Positions 37,345 through 47,120 of a DNA stretch of 64,000 bases are shown here, piece by piece. This DNA is from an uncultured Oligoflexia bacterium. Lineage in GTDB: Bacteria > Bdellovibrionota > UBA1018 > CAZJVD01. The stretch lies in contig CAZJVD010000004.1 of assembly GCA_964549505.1 (NCBI GenBank), positions 102,545-166,544 on the forward strand, read 5' to 3'. How positions within the stretch are numbered: the stretch's first letter is position 1; the number at the start of each line of letters is the position of its first letter. The notes below the pieces were generated by a model. The model saw only the letters and a program-made list of their open reading frames with translations, was not told where the DNA came from and searched no databases. Both the position numbers and the translations under genes were made by a program.

Positions 37345-38108
37345 GAGGTTTGTTCCTTTGGGCCGCCCTGTTCACGGCGGTCATGTCGGTCGCGGTAACC
37401 GCGGCGATAGCCGAAGATGTTTTCATCGAAGGAGGAGGTCACTATGAAAAGGTTCACCCCTCGCTTCTCAATCAGTCTGCCGACGTCAATCCTCCAGGGT
37501 CCGTGAACTTCAATGAGATTCGCAAGAGTGAGTTCTTTCAGAAAATACTGGGTGGCGTTGGACGGATTGGGCTTAAACTTCCGACATGGATCTTGCCCGA
37601 GGGAACATGGGCCGGGATTTACGTAAAAAAGCCGCTCAACGCTGTGGCTGAGTTTGACGGCATTGACAATCTCACGGGGACGCTCATTAACAAGAAAACC
37701 GAACTGAGTCAGATTTCGGCTGGAGGATTTCTTCGGTACTACGTCGGAGAAGCAAACGGACTGAAGCCCTTTGCCGAGGCGTACTTTGGATTAGGCAAAA
37801 TCAGTTACGAGCAAGTCATTAAGGGCAATGCAACCAGTACGTTACTCGCAAAGGCGATCCTCCTCGAGTCCGGCGTGCGTTTGGGGACGGACTTTCCGCT
37901 CTCGGATTCGTTCTATGGTCAGATTGCTGGGGGCTATCACATTCAGACCAGTCAGCCTTTTGTTGTCGAAAACGTGAGTGGTTCGGCTTACACGACTGCG
38001 CTCAAAAAGGGAGACCGTCTCGCGCTCGACCAAGGCGGGGCGAAGACCGATCTGCGTGCCATTCTCAATGGGGTCATGGTCTACGTGACACTCGGACTGC
38101 TGCTGTAG
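37314..38108 (+). CDS. Secreted hypothetical protein
   Basis: Signal-like 'LFLWAALFTAVMSVAVTAAIA'. The start may be the GTG at 37341. Confidence 0.4.
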   Translation: MANDQTESTVRGLFLWAALFTAVMSVAVTAAIAEDVFIEGGGHYEKVHPSLLNQSADVNPPGSVNFNEIRKSEFFQKILGGVGRIGLKLPTWILPEGTWAGIYVKKPLNAVAEFDGIDNLTGTLINKKTELSQISAGGFLRYYVGEANGLKPFAEAYFGLGKISYEQVIKGNATSTLLAKAILLESGVRLGTDFPLSDSFYGQIAGGYHIQTSQPFVVENVSGSAYTTALKKGDRLALDQGGAKTDLRAILNGVMVYVTLGLLL

Positions 38109-38158
38109 AGATTCGGCTCGCCAGGCGTGAGGGGTCTAGTCTATAAGCGGTTCTGACC

Positions 38159-39886
38159 ATGCCTGCACCATCGACCCCAAAGTCTGGGTCTGAGAAACGC
38201 TCAACTGCCTTAGTTTGGGTCGCGACGCTCGGTGGAAACCTCATTCTCTTCGGTTTGTATTTTTTCTCAGCCCGATGGGGCTTGACCCTGGGACCAGCTG
38301 CTGGATTTGCGACGTTTGTTTGGCCACCGACCGGCATCGCACTTGCGGCCCTCTTCACGTTTGGCTTTCGGCTCTGGCCGGGAGTTTTCGCTGGCGCCTA
38401 CCTGATCAATTGGATGACGGGCGCGCCGGAGTTCGTCGCCGTCGGGATCGCCTTTGGAAACACGCTCGAAGCGGTCTGCGGGGCGACGCTCCTGTTGCGT
38501 GTGGGTTTTGATCCGTCGATGCGTCGTCTGCGCGATGTCTTGGGTCTCGTATTTTTAGCGGCGCTTGGAAGCACGTTACTGAGTGCCAGCATCGGTGTGA
38601 TCAGTCTCCTGGGTGGCGGCCTTGTTGACGTCACCGAATTGGGTCGAACGTGGCTCACGTGGTGGTTGGGGGATGTTGGCGGTAACTTGATTGTCGCGCC
38701 CTTTCTCATGGTGTGGATGGCGCGACCCTTTGTCCGTGACGATCCGATGTTTCGGGAGCCGCGGCGCCTGCTCGAGGCCGTCGGAATGGTTTTGCTTTTC
38801 ACAGGCGGTTGCTTCTTTATCTTTACTGATTTTCCCAATTGGTCTCTGGGTTCCGAGCCATTGTTTGCCCGCACTTTTCTTGTTTTTCCAATGTTAACCG
38901 TGGTTGCTTTTCGTCTCGGAACGCTTGGGACGGCCACCGCAACGCTCATTGTTGCTGCCGTTAATGTATGGGCGATCTCGACAGGCCATCATCGTTACTT
39001 TAGTGGAACCCTCTATATGAGTTTGCTCGAAACGCAGATTTTTCTAGCGGTATTGGCGGGCAGCAAGCTCACCCTCGCCGCGGCGCTCTCGGAGAGATCG
39101 CGACATTTCTTGGATGCGCAACGAGCGATCCAAATGCGTGACGAATTTCTGTCAATCGCTTCGCACGAGTTGCGTACACCCCTGACATCGCTTTCTCTTC
39201 AGTTTCAGCTGTTTAATCGCGCTCTCAAGGCACAGGTCGCGAGCCGACCTTTGCAGAGTCAGGACGTTGTGCCTATTCCGTTGCGTACGGCGCTGGCTGT
39301 GTCGTCGGGAGAGAAACAGATTCAGAGGTTTTCCAGTCTCCTCGAGAAGCTCTTTGATCTCACGCGTTTTCAGACGGGGAAGTTTCAGTTGAACGAAGAA
39401 GTGTTGGATCTCAAGACGCTTATTTCTGAAGTGATTCAACGCTTTCAGGTGGATGCGGCTCAAAAGGGTATTTCGATAGGGTTGCGGGCCGACGCACCTC
39501 TGGTCGGAACCTGGGATCGACTTCGAATCGAACAGGTCGCAAGCAACCTGATCTCCAACGCGATCAAGTACGGAGAAGGGAAGCCTGTTTTCGTATCGCT
39601 TTCTCGCGATCCACTCCGACGGCAAGCACGGATTACGGTTCGAGATAATGGACTGGGTATTCCGCAGGGTCAGCAGTCACGCATTTTTGAACGATTCGAA
39701 CGTGGCGATGCATCGGCGCAGAAAATTGCCGGTTTGGGTTTAGGTCTCTACATCTGTCGTCAGATTGTTCGGGCCCACGGCGGTTCGATTTCGGTCGAGA
39801 GCGAGCCCGGAAAGGGCTCCGAGTTCACGGTTGTTCTTCCGGTCGGATCCGGCAAAGTGGTCGAGCGCCCCGATCGAGTTTCCTGA
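38159..39886 (+). CDS. Sensor histidine kinase with N-terminal polytopic membrane sensor domain (MASE1-like)
   Basis: About 8 TM helices, then the H-box 'IASHELRTPLTSL' and the HATPase_c N/G boxes 'NLISNAIKY', 'DNGLGIP' and 'GLGLGL'. Confidence 0.8.
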   Translation: MPAPSTPKSGSEKRSTALVWVATLGGNLILFGLYFFSARWGLTLGPAAGFATFVWPPTGIALAALFTFGFRLWPGVFAGAYLINWMTGAPEFVAVGIAFGNTLEAVCGATLLLRVGFDPSMRRLRDVLGLVFLAALGSTLLSASIGVISLLGGGLVDVTELGRTWLTWWLGDVGGNLIVAPFLMVWMARPFVRDDPMFREPRRLLEAVGMVLLFTGGCFFIFTDFPNWSLGSEPLFARTFLVFPMLTVVAFRLGTLGTATATLIVAAVNVWAISTGHHRYFSGTLYMSLLETQIFLAVLAGSKLTLAAALSERSRHFLDAQRAIQMRDEFLSIASHELRTPLTSLSLQFQLFNRALKAQVASRPLQSQDVVPIPLRTALAVSSGEKQIQRFSSLLEKLFDLTRFQTGKFQLNEEVLDLKTLISEVIQRFQVDAAQKGISIGLRADAPLVGTWDRLRIEQVASNLISNAIKYGEGKPVFVSLSRDPLRRQARITVRDNGLGIPQGQQSRIFERFERGDASAQKIAGLGLGLYICRQIVRAHGGSISVESEPGKGSEFTVVLPVGSGKVVERPDRVS

Positions 39887-40053
39887 AACCGTAATGAAAT
39901 TAAACGGTCCCCTCTCGAGGCTGTGTCGAGCCGGAACCATGTCGAAGTTTATCCATTTTTCATGGCCTGCGTCAGCGTTACACTGAGCTTCGTAACTGAA
40001 ATTTTCTCCGCCTGTTGAACGTAGGTGGATCTGTTCTGTAGGAGAAAACGGTC

Positions 40054-41697
40054 ATGCAAAATTTGGTTGGGGAACACGTGCATTTGCGCAGACGCGCGTT
40101 GCAGAGTTCGTATGTTTTATCGGTGTTGATACCGGTGCTGTTTTCAGTGCCAGTCGCTTCTGCTGAGGACGCGATGTTTCGGACGATTCGTGCCGGGGGA
40201 CACTCCAACGAAGACTCGAACGGATCGCCTCCGTCTCTTTCGGAGGAAACCATGCCGCAGACCATGGGCTCGGTTCAGGTCCCGGAGCGTGGCGCCCCTG
40301 TTCCTGTTCCCACGTTCTTGCAGTTCGCTCCTTCTTCCATACAGTCATCGCAGTCCTCGTTTCCGGTGCTACCTCCGTCTTCCGGGTCGTCCTCGTCCTC
40401 CTCAATGATGGCCGGTACCAGCACAACCCCCATTCTTCTCAATGGCGAGAGCCATGAACCGGACATCGGTATCGGTGCGAACGGTCGCTACTTTGTCGCT
40501 TTTTCGACCAAGGCCACGAACCTTCATCTTTCGGATCTGAACACGAAGTACGATGTCTATCGGTGGGATGTCAGTAACTTCATCTTTGATCTGATGAGTT
40601 TCAATAGCAGCTTTATAGCTTCGAACGGCGATTCGTTCAGTCCCCGTATTACGACCGATGGTAGTCGTTCGTCCTTTTACAATTATTCGACCGATCTGCT
40701 GAATAACGGCACGACGACTCCCGATTCGTTTCTTTGGGATTCCGCGTTTGGTGGGAGCGTCACGCAAGTTTCGATGACTCCCAATCAGATGCAACCCACG
40801 GGATCGAGTACGTTTGCGGATATCGATCCGAGCGGTCGTTACACGATCTACGACACAACAGCTCTTTCGACGATTGTTCCGCCTGCTACGGGATCCGGTT
40901 TCGTGATGTACGACGCTCAACTGGGAACGAACACACTCCTAACGCCCGGCTTTGGTGGGTACATTTCATCGTCGAATGGGGCCGCGAACGTGGCTTTTGA
41001 TGACCGCTACCGAATCAACGGTTGCTCAACGTCGCCGCCGTATTTCACATTTCCGCAAGTCTATCTCTTGAATCGCAGCACGGGCGTGATCACATTCGTG
41101 AGCCGGCCAGCAGGCGGCGGTTGCCCAACTTACTTTGCACAGAAGCCTTCGATTTCGTCGGATGGTGTGTGGCTTGTGTTCGAAAGCGGTTCGATGAACC
41201 TCATCGCTGGCGACACCAACGGCAAAGTCGATATCTTCTTGTACAACACCGTGACGGCTCAACTCACGATGTTGGCTGTTCCTGCGATTGGAGGGGGCCA
41301 GCTCAACGGCCACTCGACAAACCCGTCGATTTCTCCGGACGGTCGTTACATCGCGTTTGAAAGCCAAGCTTCGAACATCGTCTCTCAAAACCTCATGGGG
41401 TTTGCGAACATCTATCTCTTTGATCGGCTCACGAATCAGGTGCGCCTCGTTTCACAAGCGGCTTACAACCCACCAACGAACAGTGTGAGCGTCAATCCCG
41501 AAGTCATGTACAACGCCGTGACACAAGAATGTGCCGTGACTTACGAGAGTCCTGCGACGAATCTCGTGCAGGGTCCTCAAAATGGTCTTAGCCAGATCTA
41601 CATGACCTTTCTGCCGTGCGGACCGCCGTACGTCGTGATGCCAAGGCCCGCTGGTCCTACCAGTGCATTTTCCGGCGTCATTCAGGCGGGGCCGTAG
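40054..41697 (+). CDS. Secreted TolB-like beta-propeller (PD40-type repeat) protein with Ser-rich linker
   Basis: Signal peptide and an 'SSGSSSSSS' tract. Repeated 'S.DGRY(V/I)AF.S.A.N(L/I)...D.N...D(V/I)(F/Y)' blocks are characteristic of PD40/WD40-like propeller blades. Confidence 0.5.
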   Translation: MQNLVGEHVHLRRRALQSSYVLSVLIPVLFSVPVASAEDAMFRTIRAGGHSNEDSNGSPPSLSEETMPQTMGSVQVPERGAPVPVPTFLQFAPSSIQSSQSSFPVLPPSSGSSSSSSMMAGTSTTPILLNGESHEPDIGIGANGRYFVAFSTKATNLHLSDLNTKYDVYRWDVSNFIFDLMSFNSSFIASNGDSFSPRITTDGSRSSFYNYSTDLLNNGTTTPDSFLWDSAFGGSVTQVSMTPNQMQPTGSSTFADIDPSGRYTIYDTTALSTIVPPATGSGFVMYDAQLGTNTLLTPGFGGYISSSNGAANVAFDDRYRINGCSTSPPYFTFPQVYLLNRSTGVITFVSRPAGGGCPTYFAQKPSISSDGVWLVFESGSMNLIAGDTNGKVDIFLYNTVTAQLTMLAVPAIGGGQLNGHSTNPSISPDGRYIAFESQASNIVSQNLMGFANIYLFDRLTNQVRLVSQAAYNPPTNSVSVNPEVMYNAVTQECAVTYESPATNLVQGPQNGLSQIYMTFLPCGPPYVVMPRPAGPTSAFSGVIQAGP

Positions 41698-41701
41698 AGT
41701 C

Positions 41702-44023
41702 ATGAAACACCGAGGAGTTGATGACGTGAACGGTTTGAGGATCCTGGCTACATGTATAGGGTTGGCGATCGCGACAACCGGATGTTCCGAGAGTTTCAAA
41801 AAACTACTCGGACTGAGTTCCGCTCCCGATGCCATGTCCTTGCAAATGCCTTCGATCGCAGGCGCTACCGTCTTAGGTACCAGTTCGTCTGACGAAGTCA
41901 CGAGTCGCACACGCGAGTTAACAAGTTCCAGCGAAGACTTCTCGGTGGCGGACGATCGGATTCTTGTCTCGGACGGTACAGGTAGTCGTGTTCAGGTGTT
42001 CTCGCGTGCATCCATTGACCAGCAAGATTACCCGAAGCCGATCTACGTCATTGGTCAACCGCATCTCGAAGCTCGCGGGCAGACCGTTCCGGCCGATCTC
42101 CTGGGTGGCGACCTTGTCGGACCGAGTGCCGTGTTGGCATTACCCACCCACGATCTCGTCGTTCAGACCGTTCCTTCGCAGGCCGTGGGACTTCACGCTG
42201 TGCTGGGGGTCTACCCAAAAGACCATGGCAACAAACCCCGTCCGCAGGCGCTCATTGAGCGCTTTTCCGTTCAAGGTGGTTCGCCGATCGAAGTGCGTCG
42301 CGTGACGGCCCTTAAGCAGATTGGTGACTATGTTTACCTAGCGATTCGCAGCCTCACCAATCAGAAATCAGTTCTTCGTATCTCGCGCAGTGTTTTCGAA
42401 ACCTTGGAAACCGAAGCGCCGACGTATGTTTCCGCTGAACTTGTATCGCTGTTGACGGGTGCAGATGTGGTCGACGAGACGCGATCGATCGAAGTCGTTG
42501 GTACCGATCTCTGGATTGCAACGGGTGGACGTGTGTATGTCTATGATCTGAACGCATCGCCCGCCGCGAGTTACAAATCGACCTACGGATCGACCTGTAC
42601 GCAAGGCGGTTTGATCACCCGGAGCACGCTTTGCGGTGCTAGTTCGCTGGCGGCGTACACTCCCGAAAGCGGCGGATCGTATGTTTTCATCGTCGATGAA
42701 TTTGCTCATCGGGCGATGGCACGTGACAGCCTTGGAACTCCGAAAGCTATCTTTTTCCAGACCGATGTGAGCTCGAGCCAACCAAACGCCGGCGCCTCGC
42801 TCCCGCACGCTGATGGAGTGGCGAGTCCAAAAAAAGCTGAGATCCGTGGCTCAGCTCTCTTTGTTCACGACGCTGGAAATCGTCGCATCGTTAAGTACGC
42901 GTTCACGCCCGAGGGAAAACGGGCCGTAGCCGAGCGTGTGATCGGGCGTAAGAGTATGACCGACGGTGGTGTCGGTGACCGTCTTGGCGATCCACAGGGC
43001 GCAGTACTCTGCCTTCGCGCCGGGGCCGTTGGATCCACATTTTTTGTAGCGGACGCCGCCCATCACCGCGTTCTCGGCTATCATCTTGGTGAGTCCGGTC
43101 TTCCATCGAGCAATGGTCTTGCACCCGACTTGGTTCTTGGACAAGCGACGCTCGAAGAGAAGAGCCTCAATACCTTTTCGTCGCCCACACGTGTGGCCTG
43201 TTCTCTTGATGGTCGGAGTCTCTTTGTTCTCGCTCGCCCGGTTCAATCGGCAGCGTCTGATCCTACCGATGTCTACTTTTTTTCGGCAGGACCGTCGGGT
43301 TTCGTTTCGGGACAAGCGGTTGCTCACGCGTACTCGCCGTCCGAAAGTGGCAGCATGTTTGAAAATCTCTTCAATCCATTTTTCGGTGATGACAAGATGA
43401 CCGATATACGTTCGTACTCCAGTGCGTCTTCAAGTCTGTCGGGCCAATACCTTCTTGTTTTGTCACGCCAAGGAAAATTGGTTCGTTTCCCGATTACCCC
43501 TACTGGGCTTGCGGAAGATCAGGCCTGGATTATTGTCGATGGAGCAACCGCTGGCGCCGCTTCGGGACAATCGCCGAGTGCCGGAAATGCGTTTGTCGTG
43601 GCGGGCGATCAGCTTCTCATCGCTCGAGACCTCACGCCGTCGGTCGAGGGTCGATACTTCGATGGTCATGTAATGGGCGCGGCGTCTCCTCTGGGGACGG
43701 CGTTTACAGACCCACAGTGTATGGGTCTCCCAGAAGACCAGACGACAGAGTTCTGCTTACGTGGTCCCAGTGCAGTGGCACTTACCGATTCGGTTTGGAT
43801 TGCCGACACCGGTAACAATCGCGTTGGTCGTTACAAGATGGTGGATAAGACGCAGGGCGGACCCGTGTTTTTAGGTCAGGACAACGGTCAATCGGGGTTA
43901 CCGAACAAAGGGACACAAGCATCGATTGACGGGCTGTCAGCTCCTTCGTTCGTCGGGGCGGATCTGTCGGCACTCTACGTTGTCGACTCCGGCAACAACC
44001 GCGTTCTTTTCTGGCAGCGGTAG
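41702..44023 (+). CDS. NHL-repeat lipoprotein
   Basis: Lipobox 'LAIATTGC' and several NHL signatures: 'DTGNNRVGRY', 'DSGNNRVLFW', 'DAGNRRIVKY' and 'DAAHHRVLGY'. Confidence 0.65.
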   Translation: MKHRGVDDVNGLRILATCIGLAIATTGCSESFKKLLGLSSAPDAMSLQMPSIAGATVLGTSSSDEVTSRTRELTSSSEDFSVADDRILVSDGTGSRVQVFSRASIDQQDYPKPIYVIGQPHLEARGQTVPADLLGGDLVGPSAVLALPTHDLVVQTVPSQAVGLHAVLGVYPKDHGNKPRPQALIERFSVQGGSPIEVRRVTALKQIGDYVYLAIRSLTNQKSVLRISRSVFETLETEAPTYVSAELVSLLTGADVVDETRSIEVVGTDLWIATGGRVYVYDLNASPAASYKSTYGSTCTQGGLITRSTLCGASSLAAYTPESGGSYVFIVDEFAHRAMARDSLGTPKAIFFQTDVSSSQPNAGASLPHADGVASPKKAEIRGSALFVHDAGNRRIVKYAFTPEGKRAVAERVIGRKSMTDGGVGDRLGDPQGAVLCLRAGAVGSTFFVADAAHHRVLGYHLGESGLPSSNGLAPDLVLGQATLEEKSLNTFSSPTRVACSLDGRSLFVLARPVQSAASDPTDVYFFSAGPSGFVSGQAVAHAYSPSESGSMFENLFNPFFGDDKMTDIRSYSSASSSLSGQYLLVLSRQGKLVRFPITPTGLAEDQAWIIVDGATAGAASGQSPSAGNAFVVAGDQLLIARDLTPSVEGRYFDGHVMGAASPLGTAFTDPQCMGLPEDQTTEFCLRGPSAVALTDSVWIADTGNNRVGRYKMVDKTQGGPVFLGQDNGQSGLPNKGTQASIDGLSAPSFVGADLSALYVVDSGNNRVLFWQR

Positions 44024-44081
44024 CGTTCACCCGGACCCGTCTTACTATTTCCGAGCAAAACGGCTACAAGACGATAACAAG

Positions 44082-45284
44082 ATGATGACAACGGCGGATG
44101 TTCTTGTGCTGGGTGCCGGTGGTGCTGGTCTCATGTGTGCGACCGAGGCAGCCAAGCGGGGTCGATCGGTGATCGTGCTGGATCATACCGCGAAGATCGG
44201 CGGCAAAATTCTGATCTCGGGCGGCGGACGCTGCAACTTCACGAACGTCGGTGCTAGTTCGGTAAACTACGTTTCCAATAACCCGCACTTCTGTAAGTCC
44301 GCGTTGGCACGGTACGGCCCCGAGGATTTCATCGAGCTTGTTAAAAAGCATCGAATCCCTTTTCACGAAAAGAAACTCGGTCAGCTGTTTTGCGATCGAT
44401 CCGCTCGCGACATCGTGACGCTTCTCGAAGTCGAGGCTGCTGAGGCAGGCGTGGCCGTTCGTTTAGGGCAGAAGATTGTCGAGGTAAACTGTGAGGAGAC
44501 GGGTGAGTTTCGGTTCTCAGTGCGAACGGATGCCGGTCGTTTTCAGTCCAAGAGTCTGGTCCTAGCAACCGGCGGACTCTCGATACCAAAACTAGGAGCC
44601 ACAGGGTTTGGATACGATCTCGCACGAAAATTTGGCCATGCCATTGTTGAAACAGCCCCCGCACTCGACGGGTTTGTCTTATCGGGTGCCGAGCAGACGG
44701 CGTTCGCGGCGGTTTCGGGAGTGTCCGCAGACTGTTCCATGCAAGCCGGAGGTGTTTCGTTTCGGGAGAACGTGTTGATCACGCATTCGGGACTGAGCGG
44801 ACCCGCTTCGTTGCAGGCTTCGCTTTACTGGAGAACGGGTGCGGATGTTCTTATCGATTGGTTACCGGACAGGCACGAGAGTGGTTTTCTTGTTCAGCGA
44901 AAGTCTCGACAAGAAAAAACACTTCTTTCAAATGTCTTGGCAGCATGGTTACCAAAGAGTCTTACAACCGTTTTGCTGGCGAGAGCACTGGGGCCGGATC
45001 GATCCGATGGTCCTATCTTAGAATTTTCTGATCGAACATTAACGGATCTCGAAAATCGCCTGCATCGCTGGAGTTTTCGACCTGAGAAGACGGTCGGTTA
45101 CTCAAAGGCCGAAGTCACGCGCGGTGGCGTCGATACGAACGAGCTTTCGAGTCAAACGATGGAGTCGAAGCGCGTGCGCGGACTTTACTTTATCGGCGAA
45201 GTGATGGACGTCACAGGTTGGTTGGGTGGTTATAATTTTCAGTGGGCGTGGGCTTCTGGATTTGCAGCGGGCCAAAGTGTGTAG
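44082..45284 (+). CDS. HI0933/BaiN-family FAD-dependent flavoprotein
   Basis: 'VLVLGAGGAGLMCA' dinucleotide-binding motif and a C-terminal 'YFIGEVMDVTGWLGGYNFQWAWASG' characteristic of the HI0933 family. The start was trimmed to MMTTAD. Confidence 0.8.
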   Translation: MMTTADVLVLGAGGAGLMCATEAAKRGRSVIVLDHTAKIGGKILISGGGRCNFTNVGASSVNYVSNNPHFCKSALARYGPEDFIELVKKHRIPFHEKKLGQLFCDRSARDIVTLLEVEAAEAGVAVRLGQKIVEVNCEETGEFRFSVRTDAGRFQSKSLVLATGGLSIPKLGATGFGYDLARKFGHAIVETAPALDGFVLSGAEQTAFAAVSGVSADCSMQAGGVSFRENVLITHSGLSGPASLQASLYWRTGADVLIDWLPDRHESGFLVQRKSRQEKTLLSNVLAAWLPKSLTTVLLARALGPDRSDGPILEFSDRTLTDLENRLHRWSFRPEKTVGYSKAEVTRGGVDTNELSSQTMESKRVRGLYFIGEVMDVTGWLGGYNFQWAWASGFAAGQSV

Positions 45285-45294
45285 AGTCTCGCGC

Positions 45295-46398
45295 TTAGAG
45301 CTTGAACCCTTTACCGACGTTTACGGTGTAGAGCTTCCAATGTGGCCAGGTGTGATAGGACTTCAGAGCCCAGAGTTTCACAACATAAGTCCCGGTCGCA
45401 GCGGAGTAGTCGACTTTGAACGAATAAGGGGCTGTTCCACCCAAGTGTCCAAGGAAGGAATAATTGTTCGAAAGCTGCGAAGGTGTCGGTGGCGCGTAGT
45501 ACGTGGCTCCATCCGGACGAACCGTCACGGTTCCCTTGAACTCCCCGTTGTGCTGTCCTCCAGACGGTAACTTACCGACGACCATGAGCGAGCCATTGGG
45601 TGTGACCGTTGTTTCGAACAGCCACTTCTTGGGCGTGAGCATCGTTTGAAAGTCGCTCAAAAATCCTGCTTGCGTGACAGCTTGGAGCACGCTTCCGTCG
45701 CAGTTGATGCCCAGCGAAGCGGGTTCTCGGTAGGCAACGAAGTTTGGATTGGTCACGACCGGTTTCCAAAAAACTCCGGTAGGCGAAGGTGGCGGTCCTG
45801 ACATATCGAAAACGCAAGTAGGCCCCGTCGGACCAGCTGCGCCACCGCAGGCTGTGATCTGGCCTAAACCCGCGTCGTAGTCGACAAAGAAGTCGATTGT
45901 TTTCGTGACCACCGGAGGGCCGCCGTAGAGGTTCGGCTTACCGGATGCTGTCACGTAGTCTTGCGTAGCTGTGATCGTGAGGTGGGCCGGAAACGTTATC
46001 CCTGCTGTCGGTACCATCGGAGCATCGAAGGACAGGTCCACGGCTGTGACCTGAGCTCCGCCGTTCAAGATGACCGCGCCTGGCTGCAAGAGCAATCCTG
46101 GCATCAGAAACTTCACCGGCGTAATCGGCGGCGCGTTCGGATTTGGAATACTGATAGGAGTTCCCGTGAGTCCCGTAGCAGCGCACGTACTCGGAGAACT
46201 GGTGATCTGTTGTGCGATCGATGTGAGATTACTGAAACCGCTTTGGGTTGCGATGCTGTGTTGAAAAAGTGATTGCTGGTTGACCATCGTGGCCCAGATG
46301 CCGGCGACAACGGCGAGCCCCGCAAGTGTGACGAACACTTCGATAAGCGAAAAACCAGCTTGAGCCGAAGCTGACTTGGAGTGACCCCAAATCGTCAT
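45295..46398 (-). CDS. Large type IV pilin-like protein (prepilin N-terminal cleavage/methylation domain)
   Basis: 'AQAG|FSLIEVFVTLAGLAVVAGIW' is a class III signal peptide with the conserved Glu5. 367 aa, a minor-pilin or adhesin size. Confidence 0.7.
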   Translation of the reverse strand: MTIWGHSKSASAQAGFSLIEVFVTLAGLAVVAGIWATMVNQQSLFQHSIATQSGFSNLTSIAQQITSSPSTCAATGLTGTPISIPNPNAPPITPVKFLMPGLLLQPGAVILNGGAQVTAVDLSFDAPMVPTAGITFPAHLTITATQDYVTASGKPNLYGGPPVVTKTIDFFVDYDAGLGQITACGGAAGPTGPTCVFDMSGPPPSPTGVFWKPVVTNPNFVAYREPASLGINCDGSVLQAVTQAGFLSDFQTMLTPKKWLFETTVTPNGSLMVVGKLPSGGQHNGEFKGTVTVRPDGATYYAPPTPSQLSNNYSFLGHLGGTAPYSFKVDYSAATGTYVVKLWALKSYHTWPHWKLYTVNVGKGFKL

Positions 46399-46547
46399 GT
46401 ATTTCCCCCGATAAATCCCAATTCAGAATAAGAACGATGCAAAAAAGGTGCGCTACGAATGGAGGCCGAAAAACCCTCGGAATAATCAGTCTGTGTCACG
46501 CATGACTCTGTTTTCCCACTCGACAGCAGAGCGCGTTTCGGTCCATT

Positions 46548-47120
46548 GTGTTGACGATGCGCTACAACCCTCTGGCTGGCCTTATGGCAGCGTTTGGACT
46601 ACTGTTCGGCCCCATGACAGCGACAAGCAAGCCGGCAGCCGCCCTCTACAGTTTTAAAGTGAAAACCATCACAGGCGAAGAGACGACCCTCGAGCCCTTT
46701 CGAGGTAAGGTTCTTCTGATTGTGAACGTTGCTAGCCGTTGCGGTTACACACCTCAGTATGAGGGACTTGAAAAACTGCAGAAGGAGCTTGGACCGCGTG
46801 GTTTTGCGGTTCTGGGTTTTCCATGCAACCAGTTCGGCGCTCAAGAGCCAGGAAGCGAAGCTGAGATCAAAGGGTTCTGCGAGCGGACCTTCAAAGTAAC
46901 GTTTCCGATGTTTTCGAAGATCGATGTGAACGGTGGCGATGCTCATCCCCTGTATGAGTTTCTTAAGAAGGAGAAAAAGGGGATTTTAGGTACCCAAGCG
47001 ATCAAGTGGAATTTCACAAAATTTCTGATCGCAAAAGACGGCGCTGTCGTCGATCGTTACGCGCCCCAAGACAAGCCCGAAGACCTGCGCGCGAAGATCG
47101 AAGCCGAACTCAATCGTTGA
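46548..47120 (+). CDS. Glutathione peroxidase (secreted/periplasmic)
   Basis: 'LIVNVASRCGYTPQY' (Cys active site), 'FPCNQFG' and 'WNFTKFLI'. N-terminal signal peptide. Confidence 0.88.
   Translation: MLTMRYNPLAGLMAAFGLLFGPMTATSKPAAALYSFKVKTITGEETTLEPFRGKVLLIVNVASRCGYTPQYEGLEKLQKELGPRGFAVLGFPCNQFGAQEPGSEAEIKGFCERTFKVTFPMFSKIDVNGGDAHPLYEFLKKEKKGILGTQAIKWNFTKFLIAKDGAVVDRYAPQDKPEDLRAKIEAELNR

Noticed and set aside
43926-44081. N-terminal extension of the HI0933 flavoprotein ORF overlapping the NHL gene 3' end
   Set aside because: The Rossmann GxGxxG motif begins right after the MMTTAD methionines at 44082. The upstream 52 codons overlap the NHL-protein gene and have no RBS logic.
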